A program made the translations under genes and the position numbers. Below are positions 30,424 to 40,727 of a stretch of 64,000 bases of DNA, in pieces; position 1 is the first letter of the stretch, and the number at the start of each line of letters is the position of its first letter. The notes below the pieces were generated by a model, which was given only the letters and a program-made list of their open reading frames with translations, ran no database searches and was not told where the DNA came from. The stretch lies in contig JAHQWG010000043.1 of NCBI GenBank assembly GCA_029856045.1, positions 32,001 to 96,000 on the forward strand, given 5' to 3'. This DNA comes from Promethearchaeia archaeon (GTDB lineage Archaea; Asgardarchaeota; Lokiarchaeia; Sigyniarchaeales; SOKP01).

Positions 30424-31620
30424 ATGAAATTAAGTCTTGTTAATGATGATAATATCATTTTGGGAGATTATCTTAGTGTAATTACTAAAATTTTTTTTGA
30501 AGAGACAACTGATATCTTGTGGGGAGGTATAAAATTAATTTCTAAAAACCCATGTAAAAGAGACTTAATTATAACCAAATCTGAATTATTCAATCAAGGT
30601 ACTTTTGAGCCTGGTGAATATATCAGAAATAGATCACAACTTATTAATCCCAAAGTAGTTCCAACAATTCCAGCAAGAAATATTCACTACTTAGTTAAAA
30701 TGACTTTAAGAATTAAAAGTCCTCTTAATTCTCAAAAAGAAATAGAAATTTTTAAAGAAAATCCCATTAAAATTCTTCCAAAAGGGAATATGTTTCAAAA
30801 TAGAACTCCCACCCCAATTAAATTAATTATGTCAGGGATGAATATTGAAATTTCTAAAGATATTTTTAAACCAGGCGAAACTATTAAGATTGATTATAAA
30901 ACAGATAATTTAACATTATTTCAAATAAGATTAAAACAGAAGACTAATTTAATCTGTATTTGTGAACCTTTTGGTGAACAATGTGGAAGTATTGAGGAAT
31001 TACCTCCAGTGATTGCGGGTGTAGCAAAAACATCCAAAACAGATCAAGGTTTTCTATTGATAAAACTTCCAAATCACGCTGAACCAAGTCATGAATATCT
31101 TTGGGAACCTCAAGAAAAAGATCAGTGGGGAATTAAATTTGGGGATTATTCTAAATGGTTTCTGGAGATAATAGGAAATAGGAAGAGAGAAGTTGGGGGA
31201 GATACAATCTCTTTTGAAATCCCAATTATTGTAATCCCTCAAAAGGAGCAAGAAATAGTCGATAATAGTTTATTTAGAGAAAGAGAAGAGGGTTTAGAAT
31301 TATTTGAACCCCCTCCTGCAATAAAAAAAGGTATGAATATAATTTCTATTGATATTAATAAAGATACTTCTTCAAGTACATTTATTTATAAATTACGAAT
31401 TAAAAATAATCTTAAAGATACTCTTAACGGTGTTACCATAGAAAATTCAGGTATTCAACAAGGTCTATTTGAGACTTATAAACATATGATGGGATTTAAT
31501 ACATGGTTACCAGGAGAAGAAAAATCAATTGAATATAAAACAAGACAAGAAATTGATACCTTAATTTCTACAATCGAAACAAATTCTCAAAAGCAAATTA
31601 GAATTCAAACAATATTATGA
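30424..31620 (+). CDS. Arrestin-fold (alpha-arrestin/Vps26-like) protein with C-terminal Ig-like module
   Basis: Two beta-sandwich repeats (ILGDYLSV...PGEY...VVPTI...IHYLVKMTL; KDIFKPGETIKI...IKLPNHAEPS...FEIPIIVI). Confidence 0.6.
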   Translation: MKLSLVNDDNIILGDYLSVITKIFFEETTDILWGGIKLISKNPCKRDLIITKSELFNQGTFEPGEYIRNRSQLINPKVVPTIPARNIHYLVKMTLRIKSPLNSQKEIEIFKENPIKILPKGNMFQNRTPTPIKLIMSGMNIEISKDIFKPGETIKIDYKTDNLTLFQIRLKQKTNLICICEPFGEQCGSIEELPPVIAGVAKTSKTDQGFLLIKLPNHAEPSHEYLWEPQEKDQWGIKFGDYSKWFLEIIGNRKREVGGDTISFEIPIIVIPQKEQEIVDNSLFREREEGLELFEPPPAIKKGMNIISIDINKDTSSSTFIYKLRIKNNLKDTLNGVTIENSGIQQGLFETYKHMMGFNTWLPGEEKSIEYKTRQEIDTLISTIETNSQKQIRIQTIL

Positions 31621-31879
31621 GCGCAATTTAATTTGTTTTATAATTTTTCAAAATATTTTTTTTATCTCCTTTAATCTTTTAAAAGAAGTATTAGAATTTG
31701 AATACAGATTTCCCTTATTTTATTATTAAATCTCAATTTTTTTTGATTTAAAATCTAGTGAAATTTAATTACAAGAAAGAAACCAGTGAAATATTTATGT
31801 TAAAAAGATAGCATATATTATATTTAAAAAGAGAAATAATTCAAATTGTTTAAGAAAAAAAATAGAGTAATTATTAAAA

Positions 31880-33085
31880 ATGAGAAGTATATTCCCAAAT
31901 TTAACGGAACAAGAAATAATGTGGAAAAATGAAGTTGATGAAACGTTAAAAAATGAGCTCGCTCCTTTTATTGATGACATTGAAAATGGGAAAAAGGAAA
32001 TGTGGGATATTATAAAATCTATTGGTAAAAAAGGATATTGTGGTGTTACATTTCCCAAACGATTCGGAGGGTTGGGACTTCCCACGAAATATGAATTAAT
32101 ATTATCTGAATCTATTTCTGCTTATAGTTTACCAGTTGATATGGCAAGATTAGCAGGATCTTATCCAGCTTTTTTAATTCGAATGTTTGGTAAATCAAAA
32201 CAACTAGGAAATTATGTTGAAGAGTTAGTAAAAGGAGAAAAAATTGGAGCTTTTTGTTTTACTGAGCCTGATGCAGGGAGTGATTTATCACGAATGAAAA
32301 CAATTGCTGAGAAAGATGAAAATGCCGATGAATATATCTTAACAGGTGAAAAGCGGTTTATTGTGAACGGTAGTATTGCAGATTATCTTGTTATATATGC
32401 CCGTAATGGAGCTTTTATAATAGAATCAGCGTGGGATGGTTTTGAAGTTATTGAAGAATATCAATTGATGGGACTTCACGGACTACATCTCGGGCATTTA
32501 AAACTTAATCAAATAAGAATCCCATTAGAAAATGCGTTATTCTTCAAAAAACTAGAAAAAGATTCACCCAAACGCTCATCCGGAAAAACATCATCTATTG
32601 ATAGTTTGCAAAATATGCTTGCTCCTGAGAGAGTTGCATTATCAGTTCAAGCTCTAGGAGTCGCAAAGACAGCATTATATACTGCTATAAAATACTCTCA
32701 AGAAAGGGTTCAATTCAAAAGACCTATCTCAGCATTTGAGGGAATTAGCTTTAAAATTGCAAAAATGGCTACTAAATTTGAAGCAGCAAAATCTTTATTA
32801 AATCGGATGGTTGATAAGATGGAAAATGGAACATTAGCAGCAATGACTAAATTATTTTGTTGCCAAATAGCATTTGAAGTTTGCGATGATGCACTTCAAA
32901 TTTTAGGCGGAATCGGATATACCAATAAATATTCTATTGAAAGATGTCTAAGAGATGTTCGCTTATTACGGATTGGGGGAGGAACTGATGAGATAATGAT
33001 GTATGTAATTCAAAAGGGAATATATAAAGGGGAATTAGAAAAAGAAACGATATCTGAAAAGGAAAAAATAAATTCTTTTTGGTGA
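31880..33085 (+). CDS. Acyl-CoA dehydrogenase
   Basis: FCFTEPDAGSD, GEKRFIVNG, RVQFKRPI, QILGGIGY, IGGGTDEI. Confidence 0.92.
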   Translation: MRSIFPNLTEQEIMWKNEVDETLKNELAPFIDDIENGKKEMWDIIKSIGKKGYCGVTFPKRFGGLGLPTKYELILSESISAYSLPVDMARLAGSYPAFLIRMFGKSKQLGNYVEELVKGEKIGAFCFTEPDAGSDLSRMKTIAEKDENADEYILTGEKRFIVNGSIADYLVIYARNGAFIIESAWDGFEVIEEYQLMGLHGLHLGHLKLNQIRIPLENALFFKKLEKDSPKRSSGKTSSIDSLQNMLAPERVALSVQALGVAKTALYTAIKYSQERVQFKRPISAFEGISFKIAKMATKFEAAKSLLNRMVDKMENGTLAAMTKLFCCQIAFEVCDDALQILGGIGYTNKYSIERCLRDVRLLRIGGGTDEIMMYVIQKGIYKGELEKETISEKEKINSFW

Positions 33086-33113
33086 GTTTAAAATTTCAAA
33101 ACAAAGTAAAATT

Positions 33114-33929
33114 TTGTCAAAAGAAGAGATGCAAGATTTTTTTTTTGAGGATCCAGTCTCTGGTAAATTAAAAAAGAGTCTTGGAGATACATCTGTAGAA
33201 TATTTCTATTTTGATGAAAATTTTATCATTGAGACTAAAAATAAACAAGTTGCAAATGCCGCGTTATTAAAAGGTAAATCTCAATTAACATTAAAAGATA
33301 AAAAATATGAATTAAAACAGTTTGATATGTTCTTCCTACCTCCGAATACTTCGGTTCAAATATTACCAAAAGAAATAGATTTCATAAATAATAAAATTTG
33401 TATCGTAAAAACGCCTATTATTAGTACAGATATAAATCCAGATTGTAAATTTGATTTACAGAGATTTGAATTTAATAACTTTTTACCTCGAGGTGAATTG
33501 AGCGACAATAAAAAAATGGGAACATTTAGAACCGTTTGGACCGCATTTAAAAATGGTTATTTTATATCAGGATTAACTGATATTCCATCCATATCCTTAA
33601 AGGAAGGAGTTGTAACAAGCGTTAATATTGAAAAATCAACAGATGGGAATTTAGAAATTTACCCTCACATACATCAAGGTTTTCCCGAAGTTTATATTTT
33701 TTGCATCCCCGATAAAACTACTGCTGTTACACAATATTTAATAAATAAGAGTGGAGAATCCATTGTCAGGGAGCGATATAATGGTGAAGGATTACTCTTC
33801 CCTGGAGAACTTGGTCATATGAATTTTGCTAAACCTAATTATAAAAATCTAAAATATTGTATTTATATGTGGATAATTGGAACCTATGGAAAAGTAAAGG
33901 AAATTAAACCTATAACACTAAAGATTTAA
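33114..33929 (+). CDS. Cupin-fold protein (KduI/IolB-like)
   Basis: FDMFFLPP, PHIHQGFPEVYIF and a later His (GHMN). Confidence 0.45.
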   Translation: MSKEEMQDFFFEDPVSGKLKKSLGDTSVEYFYFDENFIIETKNKQVANAALLKGKSQLTLKDKKYELKQFDMFFLPPNTSVQILPKEIDFINNKICIVKTPIISTDINPDCKFDLQRFEFNNFLPRGELSDNKKMGTFRTVWTAFKNGYFISGLTDIPSISLKEGVVTSVNIEKSTDGNLEIYPHIHQGFPEVYIFCIPDKTTAVTQYLINKSGESIVRERYNGEGLLFPGELGHMNFAKPNYKNLKYCIYMWIIGTYGKVKEIKPITLKI

Positions 33930-33937
33930 TTTTTTTC

Positions 33938-34345
33938 TTAAATTTTGAAAAAGATTGTGTTATTTTTTGATTTCCAAAAAATTAAACCCTTTAAAATTAA
34001 CAACTCTATTTCTCTCTTAATAGTATCTATATCTAAATTAATATTTTTATCTTTTAAATATTCAAAAATTTCTTTGTAAGATGCTTTTTCCTTTATTTTT
34101 GAGAAAGGTAATAAATCTCTACAGATATTTTTACCTCGAACAATGGATTGTGTATTAGAATAAAGCATGAAAAAATTATGAGCAAGAGCATCATTAAATT
34201 CATCATCATCATAATTTTTCATTTTTTCAAGTAAACTTAATGCTTGTTCAAATTTTTCTTCCTGGATTAATTTTTCAGCTATGGATAATTCCTCTTTAAA
34301 ATTGTTTGTATGAACCTTTTCTTTTTTTGAATTCATATCATCCAC
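33938..34345 (-). CDS. Helical hairpin plus winged-helix protein (PCI-like)
   Basis: AEKLIQEEKFEQALSLL; SYKEIFEYL...IKREIELLILKGLI...TIFF. Confidence 0.45.
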   Translation of the reverse strand: MDDMNSKKEKVHTNNFKEELSIAEKLIQEEKFEQALSLLEKMKNYDDDEFNDALAHNFFMLYSNTQSIVRGKNICRDLLPFSKIKEKASYKEIFEYLKDKNINLDIDTIKREIELLILKGLIFWKSKNNTIFFKI

Positions 34346-34526
34346 ATTTTATTATCTTTGGAATTGTGTTATTATTATAACCTCATTAAGAAAGATTTCA
34401 GAGAGTTTTTCTGTGTATTTATTTAATTCGAGAATATTAAAGGAAACATATATATATATTGAAAAATTTTTTTTAGAATTATAATCATTTAGCATCTTGT
34501 GATAATAATATTTTAATACTAAAATA

Positions 34527-36599
34527 TTGATTGATTATAAAACGCAAATATTTTTGGAAAATATTGATCTCTTGGTTGGTATTGTTAATCCAAATAATAA
34601 ATTTGAATTTGAATTCGTAAATGAACATATTTATATCAATTTATTGGGTTATACAAGTAAAGAGTTAATTGGAGAATCATTTTTAAATTTATTACATCAT
34701 GATGATTTGCATATAGTAAAAAAAATATTAAAAAGAAAAACTGAATCTGAAGATTATTTAAATGAAATAAGACTTAAACATAAAAATAATAAATATATTT
34801 GGTTTGAAATTAAGAAAAAAAGTTTTAAAGATGATAGTGATAAAAAAAAAATATTAATTATTTTAAAAAATATTTCAAACCGTAAGAAAATTGAGAAAAA
34901 GTTAAGAGAAAATGAGGATAGGTTTAAAAAACTCACTATAACTATACCAGAAATTCGTTTTTGGAAATTATTTAACCCAAAAAAATATGAAGCGGTATTA
35001 CAAAAATCATATGAAATGCTTCATACTGTCATGGAAAGCATTCCTCAATATATATTTTGGAAAGATATTAATTCTACATATTTAGGATGTAATCACAGCT
35101 ATATTAAACTTATAGGTATTGAATATCCTGAGGAAATAATAGGTAAAACAGATAATGATTTTTTAACTAATAAAGAAAAGATAAAGCATCTCAAAGAACA
35201 TGAAGCCAAAGTTATGATAACAAAAAAACCTGAATTTCATATAGTTGAATCATGGGTATTAAAAAAGGGCACCATAGTATGGTTGGATATAAATAGAATA
35301 CCTCTTTTCGATTCGGAAGAAAATGTGGTAGGAATTCTTGTCACTCTTGAAGATATTACTGAAAAAAAAATCTATGAGGAACTAATATTTGAATTAAATA
35401 ATAATTTTTTAAATTTCACAACAGATGTCCAAGAGAATTTAAAATTATTATTAGATACTTGTTTTAAATTAATGAACGGGGATCTCGTTTTATATATTTA
35501 TAAAAATTCAAATAATAAAAAAGAGCAGTATCAAGTAATCACATCCGATAATCAGGTATTTAATTACAATTCTGAATATTTCTTGGAGAATATTTTTGTA
35601 AATCAATTATTTTTGGCTGAGCATGATGTACCTCAAACCTTTTTTGATTTAAATGAAACCAAATACGCTAAGACCGATCGATTTATCATTAATAACAAGA
35701 TAAAAGCATGTTATGGAAAATTGATTCAATCTCATACAGAGTTTAACAGTGCTTTATGTGTCTTCTATAAAAATAAGCCAAATACAACTGACCGAGACAA
35801 TATGGTTTTATATTTAATCGGAGATGCAATTGAAATTGAACAAAAACGCCGGCAAATGCAACAAGATTTAGAAGCACAAAATATAATGTTAAATGAAATT
35901 AATAAAGTAAAAACAGAGTTGTTATCTAGAACTTCACATGAATTAAAAACCCCTCTTGTTTCAATAAAAGGATTTACTGAACTTTTATTGGTACGTTATA
36001 AATCCGAATTAGATGATAAAATTGTTTCAATTTTAGAAGAAATTATGAAAGGGAGTCAAAGACTTGAAAATATTATAAATTCACTTTTGCAAAGTTCAAA
36101 ATTGGATAAAGATAAGTTAGAATTAAAAATTTCTAAAGGTAATTTGACCTCCTTAATTAAAGATTGTGGAAAAGAGTTGCAAGGATTAGCAGAATTAAGG
36201 AAACAATCAATAATATTTAAGATTCAGGATTCTTTAAGTACAAATTTTGATAAAGAAATGATTCATGATGTAATTTCAAACTTATTAACAAATGCTATTA
36301 AATATACTCCTCCAGAGGGAAATATTATTATTCAATCTAAAATAAAAGATGATTTCTATATAATTTCTATAGAAGATAATGGAATTGGGCTCACTGAAGA
36401 AGAAAAAAAGCAATTATTTAAACAATTTGGTAAAATTGAAAGATATGGTAAAGGATGGGATGTAATTATAGAGGGTACTGGGCTTGGATTATATATTTCT
36501 AAAAAAATTGTAGAATTGCACGGTGGAAAGATTTGGGTTGAATCGGAAGGAAGAAATAAAGGGAGTACTTTTTATTTCTCCATTCCAAGAATAGATTAA
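34527..36599 (+). CDS. PAS-domain sensor histidine kinase (soluble)
   Basis: Two PAS domains, H-box SHELKTPL, NLLTNAIKY, DNGIG, GTGLGL, GGKIW. Confidence 0.93.
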   Translation: MIDYKTQIFLENIDLLVGIVNPNNKFEFEFVNEHIYINLLGYTSKELIGESFLNLLHHDDLHIVKKILKRKTESEDYLNEIRLKHKNNKYIWFEIKKKSFKDDSDKKKILIILKNISNRKKIEKKLRENEDRFKKLTITIPEIRFWKLFNPKKYEAVLQKSYEMLHTVMESIPQYIFWKDINSTYLGCNHSYIKLIGIEYPEEIIGKTDNDFLTNKEKIKHLKEHEAKVMITKKPEFHIVESWVLKKGTIVWLDINRIPLFDSEENVVGILVTLEDITEKKIYEELIFELNNNFLNFTTDVQENLKLLLDTCFKLMNGDLVLYIYKNSNNKKEQYQVITSDNQVFNYNSEYFLENIFVNQLFLAEHDVPQTFFDLNETKYAKTDRFIINNKIKACYGKLIQSHTEFNSALCVFYKNKPNTTDRDNMVLYLIGDAIEIEQKRRQMQQDLEAQNIMLNEINKVKTELLSRTSHELKTPLVSIKGFTELLLVRYKSELDDKIVSILEEIMKGSQRLENIINSLLQSSKLDKDKLELKISKGNLTSLIKDCGKELQGLAELRKQSIIFKIQDSLSTNFDKEMIHDVISNLLTNAIKYTPPEGNIIIQSKIKDDFYIISIEDNGIGLTEEEKKQLFKQFGKIERYGKGWDVIIEGTGLGLYISKKIVELHGGKIWVESEGRNKGSTFYFSIPRID

Positions 36600-36839
36600 T
36601 AAATAAAAAATCCTCATAAATAGAAAACAAATTCCTATTAGAAATTCTCTTTTTAATAATATTATTTTTAGACTGCCTAGTTAAAATAGGTTTTTAAATG
36701 AAAACTCTATTATCTATGAGAGAACACAAATTTTTTCAAAGGGGTTTTTGAGGAGATTTATAAATATATTTAGGTTTCGAGTTTTTAAAAGAAAGTATTT
36801 CCATGTAAAATCAAGAATATTTCTAAAAAAAAATCAGAA

Positions 36840-37193
36840 ATGACTCGCGATAAAATTAAAACACTTTTAAACATAATTGAAAAATTTAATAATATATTTT
36901 TAGAGGATATCAAGAATAATGAAAATAAATTTAAAATAATATTAAGAGAAAAAAAACCATATTCAAAAAGAAAATATCCTCGTCGAATTATAATTTCTAA
37001 TTCATATAAAACAAAAACATACTCCATTTCTACTTACGAGATTCATAAAAATAAAAATGATGAAGAAAAATATTTAGGGATATATAATGTAAAAGTAGAA
37101 GGAAATTATGATATAAAAACAATAGCGAATGATTTAAAAGAAATAATTCATGGGAAAGATGAAATTAAAATACGCCCCAATTTTACGTTTTAA
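36840..37193 (+). CDS. Hypothetical protein
   Basis: 117 aa ORF, no recognised motif. Confidence 0.45.
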   Translation: MTRDKIKTLLNIIEKFNNIFLEDIKNNENKFKIILREKKPYSKRKYPRRIIISNSYKTKTYSISTYEIHKNKNDEEKYLGIYNVKVEGNYDIKTIANDLKEIIHGKDEIKIRPNFTF

Positions 37194-37515
37194 ATAATCT
37201 ATTTAAAATTCGATTTTTTCATAATTTTTAAAAAATGTGATTTAAAATATGATAAATTTCATTATTGTATTTTCAAATTATTTAATCGTATCTATTGGAA
37301 TTTATCTTAATTAAATAATAAAATTTTTTTAAAATCCTTTTTTTCCCAATACTTTCGGGAAAACTTGTTGATAAAAATACATTTTTAAGTATTAATTTTT
37401 ATCTTTTATATTAGTTCGAGGATTCTTTAATTATTGTCGTTATCAATATCTGAGGAGATGTAGTATTTTAGATTTTAATTATTACAAAATCTCAAAAGGA
37501 GAGTTTCATCTAGAA

Positions 37516-37710
37516 TTGATTTGGTTTGAAGAGGAATTCGATTTATTATTCAATAATAAATCTAATCTTTCTAAACAAGAAAAAATAATTGCCCATCAAA
37601 TTTTAGATATTTTAAGTGAAACTATAAATAAATATTCTAATGAAAAATTCTTAACTGACTTAGTTTTTACATTAAATAAAATTGAGAAAAAGCACCCCCA
37701 ATTATTTTAG
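37516..37710 (+). CDS. Small helical hypothetical protein
   Basis: 64 aa ORF preceded by AGGAGAG. Confidence 0.5.
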   Translation: MIWFEEEFDLLFNNKSNLSKQEKIIAHQILDILSETINKYSNEKFLTDLVFTLNKIEKKHPQLF

Positions 37711-37980
37711 GCGAATTATATCATTTAAGGGTTAATTCATTAAAAAACACTTCTATATTTAGAGAGACATTTAAAATCCTTTCTTAATTGAATATAGAAA
37801 GTTTTGATGAAAATTCTTAAAATTGAATATAAAAATTTATTTTCTTTTGTCATTAATTACAAAATCCTTATAAAAAAAATTATTTAATTAGAATTTGTTA
37901 TCCATTAATAGATATATATAAATATACTATTGATATAAGATTAAAACTAACAAGTAAAATTTTATACAATTGACAGAAAT

Positions 37981-38373
37981 ATGCAACTAGATAAATCATC
38001 TTTAGAAAAGCAAATCAGTAAGGCAACGGAATATTTAGACGAAAAAAAAAATGTTAAAGCAGAACAATACTTAGATAAAATAGTAAAAAAAGATCCCGTA
38101 AATGATGAGGCTTGGCTTCTACTAGGTATAGCAAAACGCCGTTTAGGTAAAAGAAAAGAGGCTATAGAATGTTTTACCGCTGCAACTGAACTTAACGTAT
38201 CAAAAGAAGAGGCGTGGGGATTACTTACGATTACCTTAGTTGATCAAGGAAATATCGATATGGCCAAAAAAACTATTGAAAAGGCAGGACGATTGAACCC
38301 AGATAATTCTAGGATACAGTTTTTGCGCCATGCATTAATAGAAACTTATATCAAATATGGTCCATTTTTTTAA
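37981..38373 (+). CDS. TPR protein
   Basis: Repeats DPVNDEAWLLLG...AIECF and EEAWGLL...A...LNPDN. Confidence 0.85.
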   Translation: MQLDKSSLEKQISKATEYLDEKKNVKAEQYLDKIVKKDPVNDEAWLLLGIAKRRLGKRKEAIECFTAATELNVSKEEAWGLLTITLVDQGNIDMAKKTIEKAGRLNPDNSRIQFLRHALIETYIKYGPFF

Positions 38374-38428
38374 TCTTTTTGGAATATAAAATTAATTCCA
38401 TACAAACATATAGAGTAGGTGTTCGTAA

Positions 38429-39661
38429 ATGATCTTAAAAAAAGAAATTATTACTAAAAAACCTGTAAGAACTATTGAAGATTTTCTATATTCTTTTCCA
38501 AAATTTAGAGATCTTGATCTTCATGAAGGAATTTCTTTTAGTAGTAAATCAGGTTGTAAAATTAAACCGAGCATTCAATTAGCAAAACCAAGTGAAGCTA
38601 AAGAAATAGTACAGGTTTTTAAGGAAGTATATCGCGGTTCTTACCCTTACAAAGAACTGGAAGATGAAATAGAAATCCAAAAGATGATAAGAGATCCAGA
38701 TTTTCATTGGATAGTGTTTAAAATTAATAAAGATGAAATTATTGGTTGTACCGCCTTTCATGTAGATATTGAGAACAGAAGTGGAACATTTCATGGTTTT
38801 GCTATCAAAAAAAAAAATCAAGGGTTAACCGATCTTGTAAAACTCTCGAATGCATGTTTGTATTCAATTCTAAAACTCTATAAAAATAAGGTTCTGTTAT
38901 GGTATTGTGAAGTCCGTTCAGCTCATACAAAATCCCAATATATGGGAAGATTTTTAGGATTGGATCCAATTGCATTCTTGCCCAATAAAGATATTTTCTT
39001 TAATCGTGAGGAATCTGAATTTATTTATATTATGTATGATAAAGAAGCATTGGGGAAATATAGAAGTAAAGAAATTCCTAAGATTACCCATCAAGTGTTA
39101 AAATGTTATTATTATGCTTTTAAAAAATATAATCTTGATATTCCTGTCGTTAAAAATCCTGAGTTAAAACTCAATGAATTAAAAGTTAGGGAAATTAAAA
39201 ATCAGTTAATAAGGAGTATCGAAAAAGATAGGTTTGGGAATGAACTAGTAACGATTTCAATTAAAAATAGTGAATCATATATTAGATTTCTCCATCACCC
39301 ACTCATTCAAACTATTGAACAAACAACTTATAAAGTTGATAATATTGAGGAGTTATTTATTTTTGTAGAGCAAGTAAAAGAATTGATATTGAAATCAAAT
39401 ATTCGTTATTTTGAATGTTTTGTGTCGTCATATATACCAACCCATCAAGCAATTTTCCTCAATGCAGGTTTGAAACCAACAGGATATATTCCTAGTTGGA
39501 GATATAACAAACATAAAAGGATTCTTGAAGATATAATCGTTTTTACATATTGCAAGAATGAGATTAGTAAGAATATAAAATTAATCAGTGAAACTGAGGA
39601 ATTTCTTAAAACGATTTATCCTAATTGGGACATTTTTAAAATAAGAATCAATAATTATTAA
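38429..39661 (+). CDS. Tandem-GNAT-fold protein
   Basis: LAKPSEAKEI...YRGSYPY, IIGC, NQGL, and second-domain GLKPTGYIP. Confidence 0.6.
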   Translation: MILKKEIITKKPVRTIEDFLYSFPKFRDLDLHEGISFSSKSGCKIKPSIQLAKPSEAKEIVQVFKEVYRGSYPYKELEDEIEIQKMIRDPDFHWIVFKINKDEIIGCTAFHVDIENRSGTFHGFAIKKKNQGLTDLVKLSNACLYSILKLYKNKVLLWYCEVRSAHTKSQYMGRFLGLDPIAFLPNKDIFFNREESEFIYIMYDKEALGKYRSKEIPKITHQVLKCYYYAFKKYNLDIPVVKNPELKLNELKVREIKNQLIRSIEKDRFGNELVTISIKNSESYIRFLHHPLIQTIEQTTYKVDNIEELFIFVEQVKELILKSNIRYFECFVSSYIPTHQAIFLNAGLKPTGYIPSWRYNKHKRILEDIIVFTYCKNEISKNIKLISETEEFLKTIYPNWDIFKIRINNY

Positions 39662-39666
39662 TTAAA

Positions 39667-40695
39667 ATGATAAAAAGAGAAAGTCAATTAGACACATATA
39701 TTATTGATGATATTCACAAAATATTAGAATATCTTCAATTGGGAACCACTATTCCTATATGGCCAGAATTTCATAAATATATCCTATATGATCTCAATCA
39801 TTTTCATGTAAAATCAATACTACTCACTGAAACAGTTGATAGAGAATATACCGTGGGACATGTACTAATTTTTCATCACAATAGCGATACACTATACTTT
39901 GGATTTTTTGGTGTAGTAAATAATGTTAAAGAGAAGATTGATTTCTTAATTAGGGCATTAATTGAGTATGCTAAAGAAAATAATTTTAGATCAATTCAAG
40001 GTCCCATTAATATCCCAATAATTATCTACGGTTGGGGTTTTATGGAAGAAGGTAGTTTAACAGACCTTTTTATTGGTAAGCCTGTAAATCCACCCATTTA
40101 TCAAAATTTGTTCATACAAAATGATTTTTCTGTAAAAACTAAAATATTATCTTGGGAAGGATACTTCAAAAGGATTCCTGAAAAAGAAATGAATAAATTT
40201 GACTTTAGTGAATATGAAATATTCCACCCTAAAAATTGGGACGAATTAATGACCCTTAAAAAAATTTTTCTGGAATTAAATGCTAGAAATTTGGCATTTG
40301 AAACACAAATAACTCCAGATATTGGAAAACTTTTTGAAAATTATGTAGAGTTTGTGAAAGAATATGGAGATCTTTTTATGTTCCTTTTTTTGCGATATAA
40401 AATAACTGGCGAGATAGTTGGTTGTATAGCGTGTCTTCCAAATCCATTCAGAAGAAATACTCAAGGAAATTATGACTCCTTCGCTCCGTTCAGCATTGTA
40501 TTAGATAAAGTTCATCGTAAAAAAGGTGTTGGACTGTTAATAATCAAAACTATTTTTGAAGGTGCAAATGAAAAAAATATACGATATTTATCATCACCCG
40601 TTGAAAGCAGACAAAAAGTAAGCATTTATCTTGCAACATTTAAAGCTGGTTTATCCCTTTCTCGAACGCATTTAATTTTAGAATATATGTTCTAA
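39667..40695 (+). CDS. GNAT-fold protein
   Basis: YFGFF, IQGPIN, NPPIY, C-terminal motif A HRKKGVG. Confidence 0.65.
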   Translation: MIKRESQLDTYIIDDIHKILEYLQLGTTIPIWPEFHKYILYDLNHFHVKSILLTETVDREYTVGHVLIFHHNSDTLYFGFFGVVNNVKEKIDFLIRALIEYAKENNFRSIQGPINIPIIIYGWGFMEEGSLTDLFIGKPVNPPIYQNLFIQNDFSVKTKILSWEGYFKRIPEKEMNKFDFSEYEIFHPKNWDELMTLKKIFLELNARNLAFETQITPDIGKLFENYVEFVKEYGDLFMFLFLRYKITGEIVGCIACLPNPFRRNTQGNYDSFAPFSIVLDKVHRKKGVGLLIIKTIFEGANEKNIRYLSSPVESRQKVSIYLATFKAGLSLSRTHLILEYMF

Positions 40696-40727
40696 ATATT
40701 GTTTGATATTAATTTTAAAGATTAATA

